DNA from: an uncultured Pseudomonadales bacterium
Lineage (GTDB): Bacteria > Patescibacteriota > Microgenomatia > UBA1400 > PJMF01
Length of the DNA: 64,000 nucleotides
NCBI GenBank assembly: GCA_964455555.1
Contig: CAYVXV010000001.1
Location: forward strand, 149,096 to 213,095
Direction of reading: 5' to 3'
Shown: in pieces, positions 56,566 through 64,000 of the stretch
How positions within the stretch are numbered: the stretch's first letter is position 1
Layout: each line of letters starts with the position of its first letter
The notes under the pieces: generated by a model
What the model was told of the DNA's origin: nothing
The model's database searches: none
Seen by the model: only the letters and a program-made list of their open reading frames with translations
Position numbers and translations under genes: made by a program

Positions 56566-57846
56566 ATGGAAATTGCCATTTTCGGTATTACTTTTCACCT
56601 TTATGGCTTAATTATTGGTGTGGCGGCGGTTGTTGCCTTATTGTTGATTGAGTACCGCGCTAAGCTGCATGGCATTTCAGCGAGGTGTGTTTGGACCGCC
56701 GCCGCCGCTGTTGTTGGCGGTGGGGTAATAGCTGCCAGGCTTTGGCACATTGCTACAGACTTTCAGCTTTATGGCAAGATTAGCCCGAACATGCTTTTTA
56801 CTTGGCAGGGAGGGCTGAGCATTATCGGTGGAGTAGTTGGGGGAATATTAGTTTTGGCATTTGGACTGAAGTATTTATCTGCCTGCAAAGGCGTCTCACG
56901 CTTAGTGTTGGCAGATTTGGCAATTTTTGGTTTGCCGGTGGCTCAAGCCATTGGTCGGCTTGGCAATTTTGCCAATCAGGAGCTTTATGGTTTGCCAACT
57001 GCATTGCCTTGGAAACTTTACATTTCTCCCGAGAGGCGCCCGCCTGGTTTTGAGAACTCGGAATATTTTCACCCCCTATTTGCTTATGAGATGGCCTTTA
57101 CCGGTTTATTTGCTCTTGGCGTATGGTGGTATGACCGTAAATATTTGTCCGCATCAGAGCGGAAGCAAAGAATTGGGAAGGGAACTTATTTCTTGGTATA
57201 TCTGGCTTATTACAGTGCAGTTAGATTTGGCTTAGACTTTTTTAGAATCGATAAAACAATCGCAGCCGGCACCGGGCTGGGTATTAATCAACTTGCACTG
57301 GTTCTGGGCCTAGCTGTTATTGCCTTTGCTGCCTACCGGTTAAAACTATTAAAAAGAACTCAGACCACAGCAGCTGCAGCCTTAATTATTATCGGTTTAG
57401 TCATTTATTCTGTTGTATTTATCAGGCTAAATAATCTCAGCAGCACCCCAAATGTGGAACAGGCAGTAGTGCAGGAAAATCTTAGAGAAATAGTTGTTGG
57501 TTCTAATACTTTAACAGTAGAGTTGGTAGATTCACCAGAAACACTTAGCCGGGGATTGGGGTACAGGGATGAAATTGGCAGTGACGGCATGCTTTTCTTG
57601 CTTCCCGAACGAAAAACACCGGTATTTTGGATGAAGGGAATGAGGTTTGCCATCGATATTGTTTGGATTGATGCTGGTGCGGTAGTTGAAATCACCCGCA
57701 ATATTCCCAACCCTCCATCTGACAAGTTGCCGGATAAAAATTTGCCCCGTTATTCTCCTAGCACACTGGTTATGATGGTGCTCGAATTGCCTGCCGGTGA
57801 GGCGGAGAGGCTGGGTATAAAAATCGGAGACCAAGTCTCTTGGTGA
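56566..57846 (+). CDS. lgt: Prolipoprotein diacylglyceryl transferase fused to a C-terminal DUF192 domain
   Basis: HLYGLII, GGLSIIGG, AQAIGRLGNFANQELYG, HPLFAYE; then RGLGYR..GMLF..FWMKGMRFAIDIVWID..VLELPAG..IKIGD. Confidence 0.88.
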   Translation: MEIAIFGITFHLYGLIIGVAAVVALLLIEYRAKLHGISARCVWTAAAAVVGGGVIAARLWHIATDFQLYGKISPNMLFTWQGGLSIIGGVVGGILVLAFGLKYLSACKGVSRLVLADLAIFGLPVAQAIGRLGNFANQELYGLPTALPWKLYISPERRPPGFENSEYFHPLFAYEMAFTGLFALGVWWYDRKYLSASERKQRIGKGTYFLVYLAYYSAVRFGLDFFRIDKTIAAGTGLGINQLALVLGLAVIAFAAYRLKLLKRTQTTAAAALIIIGLVIYSVVFIRLNNLSSTPNVEQAVVQENLREIVVGSNTLTVELVDSPETLSRGLGYRDEIGSDGMLFLLPERKTPVFWMKGMRFAIDIVWIDAGAVVEITRNIPNPPSDKLPDKNLPRYSPSTLVMMVLELPAGEAERLGIKIGDQVSW

Positions 57847-57880
57847 ACCCTTCCAGAGATGGTATCATAAGGGATAGTTC

Positions 57881-58594
57881 ATGAACGACACTGCCCAAAC
57901 CTCTTCCAGCATGATGGACAGGCTGAAAAGTTCCTTTTCTCCTGGACAACCGTCAGCAAGCGACCATCAAACCAATAATGGAGGGGCTAGCACGCAACCT
58001 TTTCCACCAACTGCAACCGAGACCTTAGACAAGCAAACACCACCTTCTAGTCTTTCCGACAATGATAAGCTAGACATTTTCAATGAGGTATTAGATCAAG
58101 TTGAAAGCCAATCGGCGGGCGATTCTCTTCACGCTGATTCCGGCCAAGATCCTTCAATGCTCCGCCAAGCGTTGCCCCAAGCTGTGGATTATGCAACTGA
58201 TACTCTAAACCCTGCCTACACCTCAAGATCTGGAGCCAAAGAAGCAATAGATGGCGGTTCATCCATAGATCAGGGAATTGCCGAAACTCCAGGATTGCAA
58301 TATGTGGAGACAGAGAAAAATCCTGAAATTCCGGTAGAAGTGGAAGGTTTTATCAAAAGAGTAGAAAGCCAGTCACAAGACAATCCTCCGGAGATTATAA
58401 TTGCCGATGGCAGCGGTGAATCAGATGCGGTTGATTATCCCAGCCGGCCGGTTATTGTTTTGCCGATTACTGAAGAAATTGAAGATCAAGGCCTAAAAAA
58501 GGGCCCGGCTTATAGTGTCCGTTGGCTGGTTGAGTGGAGTCATAAAATTATTAAGATGTTTGCAGGCAAAGTTGTTTACAAAACAGATAGCTAG
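57881..58594 (+). CDS. Hypothetical protein preceding the coupling protein
   Basis: Low-complexity acidic N-terminus; C-terminal VLPIT..GLK..SVRWLVEW..KIIK. Confidence 0.65.
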   Translation: MNDTAQTSSSMMDRLKSSFSPGQPSASDHQTNNGGASTQPFPPTATETLDKQTPPSSLSDNDKLDIFNEVLDQVESQSAGDSLHADSGQDPSMLRQALPQAVDYATDTLNPAYTSRSGAKEAIDGGSSIDQGIAETPGLQYVETEKNPEIPVEVEGFIKRVESQSQDNPPEIIIADGSGESDAVDYPSRPVIVLPITEEIEDQGLKKGPAYSVRWLVEWSHKIIKMFAGKVVYKTDS

Positions 58595-58629
58595 CCGATA
58601 TATACTAGTATCATGCCTGCGCAATTATT

Positions 58630-60969
58630 ATGAGAAATCTTGCAGAAATAAATCTAGCCAGCACCGGCCTTCAGCTGATAACCAGCCTGGTTATGCTGTT
58701 ATTGGTGATAGCGGTCTTGGCTGTTTTTGGCTACATGCTGTTTCAATGGTGGAAACACCGCAATCGAGAAAAATATGCCCTGAACTTTGTTACTTTGTTG
58801 GTCCGGTTGCCTAGGGATAGTGAAATTAAAATTGATGCTGCCGAACAGTTGTTTGCCGGCCTTCACTCCCTCAAGAAAAGCGGCTTTTTTGCTTGGGCTA
58901 AACCGGAAGATGTCTTTGCCTTTGAAATTGTTGCCTTGAAGGAAGAGTTGTCATTTTATGTAAGTTGTTCGCGCAAAATAAGGGATTTAGTAGAAAAGCA
59001 GGTTCACGGCGCCTATCCTAATGCTGATATCAAAGAGGTAGACGAAGTCAATATTTTCAATGAAAAAGGCCGGGTAGAATTTTCTTCGCTTAAATTGGAC
59101 AAGGCCAACTATTTCCCGATTAAGACATATAAAGACTTACCGACTGACGGTTTATCTCTGATTACTTCAGCATTATCCAAAATGAATACCGGAGAAGGCG
59201 CCATCCTGCAGATTTTGCTGCACCCGGAGGGCAGCAAATGGAAAAAACAAGGCAGAAAATATGTTTCCGGGGAAAAGAAGCGCGAATCCGATCCGGAAAA
59301 GGCTACTTATGCCCATGACCCCAAAGAAATGGAGAATGTTGGTAACAAGGTTGAAAAACCCGGTTTCAGAATTTCCCTGAGAATTGTTGTTTCTGCTCCG
59401 GAGCAATATCAAGCAGAGGCGCACTTGAACAATATTAAAGGTGCTTTTGCTCAATTTACTTCTGCCTACAATTCTTTCAAAAGGGGAAGAATTTTCTTTA
59501 AACATCTGTTCATGATTGATTTTATTTACCGGTACATGCCGCTGTTAAACCGAAATACCTTTATTTTAAATACTGAAGAATTGGCCACGGTTTTCCATTT
59601 TCCCAATAAAACAGTGGAGACTCATCATATCCGCTGGCTCAATGCTAAAAACGCACCTGCACCGCAAGAAATTCCTACAGAAGGCCTGTATTTGGGGACT
59701 TCAAATTATCGTGGGGAAAAGAGGAAAATATTTATCTCCGATGATGACCGTCGCCGGCACATGTACATTGTTGGAAAGACCGGTACAGGAAAATCAGAGT
59801 TCCTCAAGGAAATGATTCTTCAGGATATAGAGGCAGGCAAAGGTGTTTGTGCCATTGACCCCCATGGAGAATTTGTTGAGGATATTTTGCAACTGATGCC
59901 GCCAGAGCGGGCTGATGATGTGATTTACTTTAACCCCTCAGATTTAGTGCGGCCGATGGGGCTGAATATGATGGAGGCTGAGACCGAGGAACAACGCCAT
60001 TTTGTGGTCAGTTCAGTTATTGGCCTTATGTATAAGTTGTATGACCCGCACCGGACAGGTATTATCGGACCTCGGTTTGAACACGCAATCCGCAACGCCA
60101 TGTTAACGATAATGTATGTAAAAGGCACTACTTTTGTGGAATTGGTGCGGATTTTGACTGACTCCAAATATGTTGAAGAACTGCTGCCATATGTCAAAGA
60201 TCCGGTGGTCAGGCGATACTGGACTGATCAAATTGCCCAGACATCCGATTTCCATAAATCAGAGGTTTTGGACTATATTGTCTCAAAATTTGGAAGGTTT
60301 GTGACCAATAAGACCATGCGCAACATCATTGGCCAGCCTCAAAGCGCCTTCAGTTTCCGCCAAGCTATGGATGAGCAGAAGATTGTTTTATGCAACCTCT
60401 CTAAAGGAATTTTGGGCGAAGAGGATGCAAAATTCCTAGGTTTGATTTTGGTCCCCAAGGTGCTCACCGCTGCCATGAGCCGTCAGGATATGGCTATGTC
60501 AGAGCGCAAGGATTTTTATCTTTACGTAGACGAGTTTCAAAACTATGCCACTGAAGATTTTGCCGTGATTTTGTCGGAGGCAAGGAAGTACCGCCTTAAC
60601 CTAATTGTGGCCAATCAGTTTGTTTCCCAAATTGATGAAGAAGTGAAAAACGCAGTTTTTGGCAATGTCGGCACTATGGTATCTTTCCGGGTTGGTGTGC
60701 CCGATGCCAACTTCCTTCAGCATGAATATGCCCCGACCTTCAATGAAACTGACCTGACCAATATTGAAAAATACCATGTTTACATCAACACCATCGTAAA
60801 TAATGAGCCAGTGCCGCCCTTCAGCATGTCGCTTTATAAAGACATGGACAAGGTTAAAGCCAGGATGAACCCAAGGCAAGCGGAGATGATTAAACAGCTT
60901 TCACGCTTGAAGTACGGTAAAGACCGGGACATGATTGAGGCGGAAATTAAGAGCCGCTCAAACCTATAA
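58630..60969 (+). CDS. VirD4/TraD-like type IV coupling protein
   Basis: N-terminal TM, DDRRRHMYIVGKTGTGKS, IDPHGE, LYVDEFQN, LSEARKYRL..ANQ, FGNVGT..FRVG..DA. Confidence 0.88.
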   Translation: MRNLAEINLASTGLQLITSLVMLLLVIAVLAVFGYMLFQWWKHRNREKYALNFVTLLVRLPRDSEIKIDAAEQLFAGLHSLKKSGFFAWAKPEDVFAFEIVALKEELSFYVSCSRKIRDLVEKQVHGAYPNADIKEVDEVNIFNEKGRVEFSSLKLDKANYFPIKTYKDLPTDGLSLITSALSKMNTGEGAILQILLHPEGSKWKKQGRKYVSGEKKRESDPEKATYAHDPKEMENVGNKVEKPGFRISLRIVVSAPEQYQAEAHLNNIKGAFAQFTSAYNSFKRGRIFFKHLFMIDFIYRYMPLLNRNTFILNTEELATVFHFPNKTVETHHIRWLNAKNAPAPQEIPTEGLYLGTSNYRGEKRKIFISDDDRRRHMYIVGKTGTGKSEFLKEMILQDIEAGKGVCAIDPHGEFVEDILQLMPPERADDVIYFNPSDLVRPMGLNMMEAETEEQRHFVVSSVIGLMYKLYDPHRTGIIGPRFEHAIRNAMLTIMYVKGTTFVELVRILTDSKYVEELLPYVKDPVVRRYWTDQIAQTSDFHKSEVLDYIVSKFGRFVTNKTMRNIIGQPQSAFSFRQAMDEQKIVLCNLSKGILGEEDAKFLGLILVPKVLTAAMSRQDMAMSERKDFYLYVDEFQNYATEDFAVILSEARKYRLNLIVANQFVSQIDEEVKNAVFGNVGTMVSFRVGVPDANFLQHEYAPTFNETDLTNIEKYHVYINTIVNNEPVPPFSMSLYKDMDKVKARMNPRQAEMIKQLSRLKYGKDRDMIEAEIKSRSNL

Positions 60970-60987
60970 ATTGGTTTGCTGAATTTT

Positions 60988-61341
60988 CTAATTTGCTTCT
61001 CTAGATTCGTAATCTTCAACTACTTGTTGGCAGTAGATGTAGCGGCCATAGTCTATGGCTCTTTCATGGATTGGCTGCTTCTCTTCATTAACCTCTATAG
61101 TAGACCCCAAAACGTTTTGGGCATGCTCGCCAACCTCTTTGCTCCGCTCAGAGATAATTTTCAGTTCCTCGGAAGCGGTGCTGGTAAATTTTTCCAGTTC
61201 TGCCTGGTCCAGCTGAAAAACAGTTTCTGAAAAGGGCAGCTGGGTTAACATTTCTGGGTTAACTTTAAGCAGGTAATATCCTGCTGCAATGATTAGAAAA
61301 ATCACTAGGAGGAGGATTTTAACAACCTTCATTATTTTCAT
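60988..61341 (-). CDS. Hypothetical membrane-anchored protein
   Basis: N-terminal TM; C-terminal YGRYIYCQQVV; TATACT upstream. Confidence 0.65.
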   Translation of the reverse strand: MKIMKVVKILLLVIFLIIAAGYYLLKVNPEMLTQLPFSETVFQLDQAELEKFTSTASEELKIISERSKEVGEHAQNVLGSTIEVNEEKQPIHERAIDYGRYIYCQQVVEDYESREAN

Positions 61342-61370
61342 AAGTAAACTTAGTATAGCCTATGGTGAAA

Positions 61371-62585
61371 TTATTCGTAACGGAGGGCTTCGATCGGGGA
61401 AAGCTTGGCAGCTTTGTTGGCCGGTGCCGCTCCGAATATCAGCCCGACAATAGTTGAGACGCTAAAAGCTAAAATTACCGCCTGGGTGGTAACAGTTGCC
61501 GGGAAGTAAGCCTTCAATACTTGCACTCCTCCAAAAGCAATCAGCAAACCAATTAAACCTCCGATCACTGATAGCAGGGCAGCCTCAATCAAAAATTGAA
61601 GCAGGATCATCCTGGGAGTTGCTCCCAAGGCTTTTCTAAGGCCGATTTCCCGTGTTCTTTCAGTAACAGAGACCAGCATTATGTTCATAATGCCTATGCC
61701 TCCTACAACTAGGGAGATGGCTGCAATGCCACCTAATCCGGTAGTTAGTGCTCCGAGAATTTGATTGATGGTATCAAGAAGTTGAGTTTGGTCAAAAACG
61801 GAAAAGTCATTTTCATTTATGTCCTGAATTAAAATATTCTCAATTGCAGCTTTGGCCGCTACCAAGTCTTCCTGAGAATTGACTTCAAAGATAAATGAAT
61901 CAATAAAATTAGCGTCAAAATGTCTGAAAGCTGTTTCCAGAGGCACATAAATATAATTGTCAAAACTCGGGCCGCCAAAGCCGCCCCCCTTTGGTTCCAG
62001 CACTCCAAGTACGGTGTAGTTTTGCCCATTTAGTTTCATTTGTTTATTTACGGGGTCAACTCTGCCAAAAAGCTCCTCTGCTATTTCCGGTCCAAGCAGA
62101 ACAACCCGTTCGCCGCTCAATTCCTCGCTGCGCGTAAACCATCTGCCGGCTTCTGCCTTGGTATTCTGCACATTTTCGTAAGCCGGCATGACACCGTATA
62201 GGGTCACTTTTTTGGTATTTTCTCCAAACTTAGCCTCTGCTATAGCAACTGTAGTGGCAGTTCCGCTTGAAAGGAGGTCGCGGTGGTTGCGCATAATGCG
62301 GTCAAATTGCTGCCTTTTTAAGGTTGGCCGGGTTGATTCAATAAAAGCCTGTTCTTGATTGCCAAAGCCGCCTTCTTCGCCAAAGGGGTTGCCAGGAACC
62401 ACATAAAGTGTATTGGTGCCGAGGTTGGCAAACTGTTCAGAGACATATGCTTGCAGTCCCGTGCCGATGCCCGTAAGCATAACCACTGAGGCAACGCCTA
62501 TGATTACACCAAGCATAGTCAAAAATGACCTCACTTTGTTGAGCATAATCGATTTGATGGCTAGTGAAAAAATTGCACTGGTCAT
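61371..62585 (-). CDS. MacB/FtsX-family ABC transporter permease
   Basis: RSFLTMLGVIIGV, GGIGIMNIMLVSVTERTREIGLRKALGA, PIEALRYE. Confidence 0.93.
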   Translation of the reverse strand: MTSAIFSLAIKSIMLNKVRSFLTMLGVIIGVASVVMLTGIGTGLQAYVSEQFANLGTNTLYVVPGNPFGEEGGFGNQEQAFIESTRPTLKRQQFDRIMRNHRDLLSSGTATTVAIAEAKFGENTKKVTLYGVMPAYENVQNTKAEAGRWFTRSEELSGERVVLLGPEIAEELFGRVDPVNKQMKLNGQNYTVLGVLEPKGGGFGGPSFDNYIYVPLETAFRHFDANFIDSFIFEVNSQEDLVAAKAAIENILIQDINENDFSVFDQTQLLDTINQILGALTTGLGGIAAISLVVGGIGIMNIMLVSVTERTREIGLRKALGATPRMILLQFLIEAALLSVIGGLIGLLIAFGGVQVLKAYFPATVTTQAVILAFSVSTIVGLIFGAAPANKAAKLSPIEALRYE

Positions 62586-63280
62586 TTTACTTTGCGCCTT
62601 TTCTTTTTTCTGGTGTCGCTGACAATTTTGCCGTCTTTAAAGACTATCTTTCTATTTGCTATAGCAGCGACATAGTCTTCATGAGTTACCATAATTATTG
62701 TTTTGCCTTCATTGTGAAGATTAATTAAAAGCTTTTGAATTTCTTTGCCGCTTTTAGAATCAAGGTTGCCGGTTGGTTCATCTGCAAAAATAATAGAAGG
62801 GTTATTAACCAGGGCCCTGGCTATTGCTACGCGCTGTTGTTGACCCCCTGAAAGTTGGGCTGGAGCATTATTAAGCCGATCTCCTAATCCGACTTTATCA
62901 AGCATTTCTTTAGCCAGTTTCTGCTGCACAGAATGGCTTTTTCTGGCATAAATTAGGGGAAGGGCAACATTGTCGAGTGCAGAGGTCCTGGGAAGCAAAT
63001 TAAACTGCTGAAAAACGAAACCTATTTCCTGATTTCGTAGCCTTGCCCGCTCAACTTCATCATAATTAGTTACATTTTTTCCCTTGAGGAATATTTGACC
63101 TTTGGTTGGTTCAGCTAAGATACTGGCAACTTGCAAAAAAGTTGATTTGCCGGAGCCTGACGGGCCCATTACCGACAAAAACTCACCTTCTTCAACTTCA
63201 AGTGAAATATGATCAAGTGCTTTGATGGTAGAGCCTCCAAGCGCATAGTGTTTGGAAACATCCTTGAGTTTTAAAAGCAT
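62582..63280 (-). CDS. ABC transporter ATP-binding protein (MacB/LolD-like)
   Basis: GPSGSGKST, LSGGQQQRVAIARAL, ADEPTGNLD, VTH. Confidence 0.95.
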   Translation of the reverse strand: MLLKLKDVSKHYALGGSTIKALDHISLEVEEGEFLSVMGPSGSGKSTFLQVASILAEPTKGQIFLKGKNVTNYDEVERARLRNQEIGFVFQQFNLLPRTSALDNVALPLIYARKSHSVQQKLAKEMLDKVGLGDRLNNAPAQLSGGQQQRVAIARALVNNPSIIFADEPTGNLDSKSGKEIQKLLINLHNEGKTIIMVTHEDYVAAIANRKIVFKDGKIVSDTRKKKRRKVK

Positions 63281-63288
63281 TTAGAACC

Positions 63289-63999
63289 TTAATCCGGAAT
63301 CAACACCCAGTCTTCCTCTGAAAGCCCGCTGACAACCTCCACCAATTCATCGGTTTGCAAGCCCAAAACTATTTCGCGTTCCTCGAGTTGATTGTCTCCT
63401 GTTTTCACATCTACGTAAACCTTGCTGCCTCGTTCCCGGGTGGCAATAAGGGGGATTGTCAGGGCATCATCTTTGCTGTCCAGCTCAATTCTGACATCTC
63501 CGTTCATGCCAATCCTAAAGGTGTTGATATCGGGGTTTAAGATAGGTAGTTCAACCAGGAAAACAGTGCCTGTGGCTGTGCTGCTGCTGGTAAAGGAAAC
63601 ATAACTTACCTCTGAGTTAAATTCAGTGCCGCGGTACGCATCCAGCTCAATCGTTGCCCTTTGCCCAGTCAGTACTTCTGCAATATCTGTCTCATCAACG
63701 GCCGCTCTAAAAACCAAGGTATTGGGATTAACAATTTCAAAATAATCAGTTGGTGCAAGCTGAACTCCTGCGACCGAAGCTGGGGCAGCAGTCAACACTC
63801 CGGCAAATGGGGCATAAACCACTGTGTCACTGATAGAAATTTGCTGAATTTCCACGTCCAAAACAGAATTATTAAGCCTGAACTGCTCTTGTTCGACTGC
63901 CCGTCGTTCATTGTCATCAAGGCTTTCGCCCTCAATGTTGTCCTGGGTTGTTTCCCAATTCCAGCGTTCAATTAAGTAGTTGTTGAGGGTTTTTTCCTG
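63289..63999 (-). CDS. Efflux RND periplasmic adaptor subunit (MacA-like), 3' part
   Basis: APFAG, VDETDI..GQ, RIGMNG, GLQTD..EVVSGL; frame stays open to the window edge. Confidence 0.88.
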   Translation of the reverse strand, partial: QEKTLNNYLIERWNWETTQDNIEGESLDDNERRAVEQEQFRLNNSVLDVEIQQISISDTVVYAPFAGVLTAAPASVAGVQLAPTDYFEIVNPNTLVFRAAVDETDIAEVLTGQRATIELDAYRGTEFNSEVSYVSFTSSSTATGTVFLVELPILNPDINTFRIGMNGDVRIELDSKDDALTIPLIATRERGSKVYVDVKTGDNQLEEREIVLGLQTDELVEVVSGLSEEDWVLIPD

Positions 64000-64000
64000 T

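Noticed and set aside
1-64000. CRISPR array, rRNA, tRNA, IS elements, diversity-generating retroelement
   Set aside because: No regularly spaced repeats, RNA gene signatures, transposase or reverse transcriptase recognised. The pilin 2/3 repeat differs mostly at synonymous sites, not in an adenine-specific pattern.

Overview
Chromosomal origin region of a small-genome bacterium. Gene content points to Patescibacteria/CPR, probably Microgenomates (inference from: co-directional dnaA-dnaN-rpmH-rnpA-yidD-yidC-jag, a DUF4012 protein, an ATP-dependent DNA ligase, a lower mevalonate operon, a degenerate DHH protein and a VirB2-like pilin array). The left part holds the 3' end of valS, rplY, rnhA, the yidC cluster, rpmH (missing from the ORF track), dnaN, dnaA and a bipartite oriC with DnaA boxes and DnaA-trio-like repeats. 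From 11.2 to 42 kb lies a type IV secretion-like locus with no relaxase or integrase in the window: VirB4-like ATPase, PrgI, VirB6-like protein, 11 VirB2/TrbC-like pilin genes and giant wall-hydrolase fusions. A VirD4-like coupling protein sits at 58.6 kb. Main observations: (i) an apparently circularly permuted GH5 barrel fused to a lytic transglycosylase-like domain; (ii) one pilin gene with tandem near-consensus sigma70 promoters, a strong SD and its own terminator, the likely major subunit; (iii) at least ten genes with leaderless architecture (-10 box 6-7 nt before the start codon); (iv) an MvaD with a reciprocal N/D swap at conserved catalytic motifs. No rRNA, tRNA, CRISPR array or transposase was recognised. 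All family calls come from motif recognition by eye, not database searches.
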